Shown: in pieces, positions 57,852 to 64,000 of the stretch | How positions within the stretch are numbered: position 1 is the stretch's first letter | Layout of the letters: each line of letters starts with the position of its first letter | Origin: Catajapyx aquilonaris | Lineage: Eukaryota | Direction of reading: 5' to 3' | DNA length: 64,000 nt | Assembly (NCBI GenBank): GCA_000934665.2 | Contig: JYFJ02001639.1 | Location: 1 to 64,000, forward strand | Made by a program: the position numbers and the translations under genes | The notes under the pieces: model-generated | What the model saw: the letters and a program-made list of their open reading frames with translations, nothing else | Database searches by the model: none | What the model was told of the DNA's origin: nothing

Positions 57852-59894
57852 ATTATTTATAAGGATGAATGAAAAATAATCAGTTTCACCTTCCAATGTT
57901 TTATTTTCAAAATACAAAAAGACACAAAATAAAGAGGAACTTTCATACCTTATGCTTTCATAAGCGAAGAATGCAATGAGCATGATCCGTCTCTCCTACC
58001 GCGGAGAGTTATTTTTTTTAAAAAGGGTACATAATTTTTATTAAAATGGGTAAAAAGTTCCTATGAAAAACTAATGAAAGTGACAAAGTGAACAAAATGA
58101 TATAGTAAATACAAACGGGGAAAAAAAAGCATGTCATTGCAAACGCCACGATTCGCTCTAAACAAAACAAAACAATCTTTATTACCTGTTGAATAAATGA
58201 AAAAAAAATTAATAATAATGAGAATGATTTGTGGTCAGTCACAGAAAAAAATGCTTGTTCAAAAACTACCCACAACCTTTGGTTCATAGCTCGATGGGCT
58301 CTGGGCATGGAATAGTCACATGCTTGTACTAACTTTTGCCATGGAATATTTCTAACAAGGGAATGTGGACATGCAAGACACTTTGGCAGTATTGCACAAC
58401 GGACATGGAAAATCAGAGAGATCCAGTGAGGATCGGCATAGCAAGGTTAGTACTAGCCATTTATGCCCACTACCAGACATATTGCACTCGAGATATCCAC
58501 ATTTGGAATAATCACACCGTGGTTGAATGAAGGGTCCTCACCCTCGGGCAACCTCAGTGATTGAAGTACCAAGCGGCTCATTATTAAACATGCTGGGGTC
58601 ATCTATCTTCCTTTCCCTTTCTTTCTTTCGCATCATGCAGTAATTCTAGACCTGACCGCCCTGCATAAAGCATATAATGCCCATAAATGCTTCTGGTTAG
58701 TATTACCACAAGTACCCTGTTTTCCTAGCCCTTTTCACTAAATTTGCTACTAAAATCTTATGTCATGATATGCTTGCTTCATTACCGTCCCCATCACGGT
58801 CCATTACATTGGCATCACACTTCTCTAGCATCTATGGCCAGCCCCCAGCTCCAATAGTTACTTCATAAAAGTGAAAAAATATTGGTACTGTGTTGAACGT
58901 ACATAGTTCCTCTTATACAGAGCTGAGACTTTGATGGCTGCAAGGAAGTTCCGAGAACTTTCCCGCAGCCACATAGCACCAAGTCAGGTCTGTCAATCAG
59001 TTGAGATCAGTAAAGATAGCGCTCATGTCCGTCAGGCCTGCAACTACTGTTCCAGGCTCAAATCATGGATTTCACCCAGTCACTACTTAATGGACGTAAC
59101 AGACAGGAGGCCGTCCATCGAAACTATGAGATGGTGATGATCGACAGCCTCCTTCCAACCCCCCATCCCCTGGCGCATTTGTACCTAATGAAACGTGGAA
59201 GTGATTACGGGGTTGCAGGTTCCCTTGGACCATAATGCCACGTATATATGAATTAGTCAGGTACATGATTGGATGCCTTAAAATTAGCAGGAACTTTGCC
59301 TCAATTCCCCCATGTGACATCATAACACCTACCAAACAGTCTGAATTGGGCAACGAATTGGCTAGCTGCCATCTCAAAGTACAAGATAAAAATAATTACA
59401 CCTCCAAAAATAGCGTCGTTTTTTTTTAAAAAGCATGTTCACATGTCGAGTAGGTATTAATTCTGCCCGGTTGCATCAAAGCAGGTGAGATGAAAAATAT
59501 CCGATTATTGCATTGTGAATGTACATATCTGGAGTGCATTCAAGCAAGTAAGAGTAATTGTACATATGGCACAATAAGCTTATGGTTTGTGTCACGTCAG
59601 CAACACATGCTAAACTTGTACTTTAAAAAATCTTGCACTAATGCTTGAGGCGTAAGAAATCATGCCAACTTTGCCTGCTAAGTTACACTGAACAAGAAGA
59701 ACAATGGCTACATACTACTTACTCAAAACAAAAGTGGAAATGCTTGGCGATCAACATTAAACATCAAACTAAACATCACCAGCAACCAAAAAAAGGTCAT
59801 GAAAATTAATGTTGAAACAAAACATGGCAGCCAAATATCTCAATCCATGGCTTTTTTTCCGTTCTCATAACTACCTTGCTAACCCCCCCTCATC

Positions 59895-62800
59895 TTAGTC
59901 CTGGTATTCCAGGTCAGACTCATTAACAAGATCAGCGAATTCATCGTCGGCATCACTTGCGCTGAATTCATCATTCCCCCAGTTGGGCCCCAGCTCCTTC
60001 TGCCTCTCCAAGGCCACTTCCTCTTTCTCATCATGAACTGCCTCAGGGATGGCCAGATCACGCCAAGCACGACCCTTCCTGTTGGCCTGCGGAAGCCGTA
60101 GCTCCTCGCCTCTTCCTTCATCCGAAGAATCATCCCCTTCGACAGCCTCCAGGTCATATTTTAATGACCATGGACGCTGACCATCAACCAGCTCTGCCCA
60201 CTGCTTGCCTGGGAAATAAATGGAAGATGCAATCATTGCTAAATGTTTGCGGCTTCGGCTATTCACCGTAAGGCCTTGACATTTTTACAACGCATGCCAA
60301 CAAAGTAGGAAATTCTCTTCACATTAGTTGATTGGCCGGCAGACAATCATGTCACTAGCAGGCCTCTTTGCATGCAACTTCTCCGAACATAAGTACATAC
60401 CATACGTAGCCTTCCTGAAGATGAATCGGTACGAGTTTACCGATGCAACTTTAGTGGTGTCAACTGCAACTACCCGTTTTAGTAGGTTGATCTTCAGCTC
60501 GTAGTAGCGACAGCCTCGTCCTTCAATCCTATGAATGAAGACAAGCTCATTAGATTTTCTCCTGAGGGAACAACCGTCATGGCAGTTACCTAATGGTGAC
60601 CTCCTTGTCATTCTCCACTCTGCAGTCTCCATCGATGGGCTCCGTGACTGTGATGATTACAGTCACATATGCGTGTCCTTGTCGCCACTTCACAAACTGT
60701 GGTTCCTTCCACACCACTCCCTTCAGGTTGAACAGCCGGTCAGAATCAACTGCAACATCGCTCCCTAATTCAGATGCGGATGACATGGAATTCTCTCCGA
60801 CACCATTATGTAGGCGATTAACTGTGCCATTAGTCATTAGATACGGCAACTGCTTTGCTCCACTAGTTCTGCCGGATGGAATACTGGACTTCTCCATTTT
60901 ATGAAATAACACGGATAAACATGGATGTCAGTAATGGCAATTAAATAAAATAAAAAAAACACTAATGCTCACATGGTCTATTTCAATTGCTTAATAATAA
61001 GGCAACATATGGTGCATACCTTCTTTTCCATTACTTTCTCAGGCACCTCCTCTTCTTTTTCGAAGCTGCCTGAAAAACTCTTGCGCGATCCTGAGCCCCT
61101 GCTTCCAGGATACCTTACTGGAGGTGCTGAAGCAACCAATTCCAACTCAATGAGATGCTCACCAAGACTCTCGCTTTTTTTATCGTACACCTGTAGTGGA
61201 AGGGGCAGCTTTCCCTTCTCATGTCCCCTCTCGGCTCGCACCCAGAAACCAAGCAGGCCCCGCTCAGGTTGGACTGCTTGCCGCATGCGGTGCAGGGCTT
61301 CAGAGCTGAATGCTTCTTCACCTGGCAGTGGCTGCACCTGGGAGAATTAAAATAAAATACACATCACAATTGATGACGATGAACGCAGTTGACTATGTTC
61401 TCGAGACCAACAATTCACTCCAGGCAGTGATTTGGGAGTTCCTATCACTTCCATCTAGGACAGGGCCGTTTGCAAAGCATGTGATCAGGGAAGAAAAAAC
61501 TAAATGTTCATTGGACATTATAAACCAATGCTGATATGAAGTAATGGCTAATGCAAAAGATGAACCAGACAGCAACAGATGCTAGCATGCAACAGCCACG
61601 CAATGATACTAACCTGACTCAGGCGGCACTCAACAGCCAATATGGGCAGTTGATCAAAAGCCTGTGGGCAGAACCGGAGATCTTCAAGGCGCTTCTGGCA
61701 AGTAGTGCCATAATCCAGGTACTGCACCAAGCATCTGTCTTCCCGTGTATTACAGGACTTTATCATGACACGGCACCATAATGATTCGTATGAAGCCACA
61801 CAGAGAAAGCCCTCTCTCATCCTGTGCTTAACCAGCGGAACATATTTTTCCTTAATGCAGTCCCATGTCAATTCTTTTTCCAACTCATCCAAACTGAAAC
61901 AGAAATGGATGGTTATGTGCGACAATGATACCAGATGAACCTGCTCAACCCAATCCAGGAATACACTTCTCACATACCTGTCTTGCGCATCCACTCGACG
62001 AGCATAAAACTTGTCCAGTCCTTCAATGTGAGAGATGTACACAAAGGCATCCTTCTCCCCACTACGGAAGAGGTCATCATACTCCACCCGGAAATAAGGA
62101 GGTTTCTCACTCCTATACATCTTGGGAAGGCAGTAAGGAGGTGGACTCTTGATACGTAGCCCATTGGCAACGGCTGTATTCTCAGTGTGTACACTCATTT
62201 TGGATGTATATGTATCTTCTGCAGGCATGGGCTGTGCAGGACCATTCCGAACTATTTGTTGCTTTTTTGGTGCCGCTGCAGCACTAGCTGTGGCCAAAGT
62301 CTTGTTGGGCTGAGCAGGACCGTTCCTGACTATTTGGTGGTTTTTTGGTGCAGCTGCAGCACTAGCTGTGGCCAAAGTCTTGTTGGGATGACCCTGTGCT
62401 AAAATTCTGTTGGTTTGCAGACCCTTTGGTGGTGATATCTCAGCAGGTTTGACGGAGCAAGCTTGGTTTTCAATCTGAGACACATCTTCGGTATTTACCA
62501 AATTGGGCATAATTTGGCTGTCGTCTGGAATGGGACGCATCTCTTCATGTAGTTTGAGTAGGGTAGCCACATGGCCATCATTGATGTCCGCATGCTTCCC
62601 GCGAATCATCATTCGCTTTAATGACTCATCTACAAGCTGCCCCATGCTAGGCAGTACCTGCAAAATACAACTCCGTGAAATTCTGAAATAAAATGGGAAA
62701 AGGTCTTACGGAGAGCCCTACCTCAAAGGTTGCCACGTCATCAAGCCAAATGGTGCGGTCAGTGGCAAATGTAACCCTCCCAATGACTTTCTTATCCAGA

Positions 62801-64000
62801 GTGAACTTGGTCATAAAGTGGTGGCTTTCATAATCCCACTCCTTGCTGTGGTCTCGGGGCATAAGTCCTCCCAGAATGACTTCCACTCGCTTAGGCGGCA
62901 ACTCGGCTATGCTCTCAGGGATCTTGAGCAGGTCCACCAACTGCAAGTGAATTTGGGGAATTCATAAAATCGAGTTGTAAGGATGTCTGCTGCTGGCGTA
63001 ATGGATCTGAGACCATGATAGAGCACAGGCCTTTTCGTCTCCTGCCTCACCTACTTGTGTACAAACTCAGTGGACCAAAATGACATTTCTCAAAGATGAG
63101 CGTGCTACAGTCAGTCCTAGTTGTACTGTGCAACATTCAGGTTTGGGACTGGTTTCCTTAACTATTAATTGTTAGGTTAATTGTTTCCAAAAAAATAATC
63201 CTTCTGGCAAACATGTACCTGAACCTGAATCTTGCTCTGGTGCAGCATGCCCTCAGCGTTAATTAATATTTCGGATTATTATTTTGAAAGTATATAGCCG
63301 TGACATAAAGGAACTCAGATCCTTTTCAACAGTTGTGTCTTCACATAGTAACTCACATCAACAATTTGGTAAAATATGCTGTCGATGAACACCACATGGG
63401 CCTTGGTAACAGTTCCCTCAACCAGGAATCCTAGCACCTTTGCCCTGGCATGCACGCCAGTAGCAGGGTCTTTAACTGCGCATATGTCCCCAACTTTTGG
63501 ATTGGTCAGAGGAACCTGGTTGCTGGGTTTGATGGTGTAGGCTATCAGGTCATCGAAAACAAACTCCTTCTCATCCTCGCTGGGTTTCCTGATAACTTCA
63601 GCAGAAAAGTGGACGGGTGTGCACACTGTCTTGATCGTCAGCCTCATTTGGGAAGATCTGAAATAAGAGATAAGATGCTGCACTTGCAATTTGAAGAGAA
63701 CCAATCCGATTCAGGCATGTTCATGCCCCGACAGAATGAAGCAGGGGGAACAATGGACTGGGAAGACAGATGAGATCAGCTGTCATTTTCCCAGTGCAGC
63801 AACTCACGCATTAGACAAATGAAATTGACACCTAATACATTCCGACAGTGATCAAAAAATGACTGGCCTTACATGAGCTCTGGCTTCGGGTTGTCCACGC
63901 CTTCATAAAAGCAATGGCGGCAATTACAATTCCTTACATCGCATCTCCCAAGGAGCTGCAGGGCAGAGCAGAACGGTCTCCATGGATCATTGGAACCTTC
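59895..64000 (-). CDS. TDRD12: TDRD12-like (Yb family) piRNA-pathway Tudor protein, 5'-partial
   Basis: Exons >64000-63873, 63657-63357, 62940-62722, 62657-61978, 61893-61614, 61337-61020, ~60890-60590, 60528-60401 and 60208-59895. Post-helicase Cys/His motif PFCSALQLLGRC...CNCRH, two extended Tudor domains (VGDICAV..RAKV..VVFID; WCRVMI..VQYLDYG..LPILAVECRL), a C-terminal CS/p23-like domain (VKWRQ..VTVII) and an acidic tail. The helicase would lie upstream, outside the window. Confidence 0.8.

Noticed and set aside
8999..64000. Idea of a functional germline/sperm gene cluster (CFAP44, TDRD12)
   Set aside because: The genes are more than 40 kb apart, separated by unrelated housekeeping and secreted-protein genes, with no shared regulatory evidence.

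Overview
Eukaryotic, arthropod-like genomic DNA: compact genes with mostly 50-100 nt GT-AG introns, TATA/TCAGT core promoters and many MITE-like inverted repeats. Nine protein-coding genes can be built by hand. In order: KAT7/HBO1/chameau-type MYST acetyltransferase (-, 3' part not in window); CFAP44/WDR52 (-); a small secreted His/Gly-rich peptide gene nested antisense in CFAP44 intron 1 (+); an ABCG half-transporter (+); peroxisomal NUDT19 (-); a single-Ig Turtle-like secreted protein (+); an icarapin-like secreted protein with two alternative last exons (+); a ZDHHC3/7-type palmitoyltransferase (-); and the 3' half of TDRD12 (-). The main points of interest are the nested peptide gene, the stand-alone Turtle Ig1 gene, a tandem array of exact ERSE (CCAAT-N9-CCACG) motifs upstream of the icarapin-like gene, a U12-type intron in CFAP44 and a 34-codon uORF before KAT7. 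Homology calls come from recalled family motifs, not database searches, and exon boundaries were read by eye.
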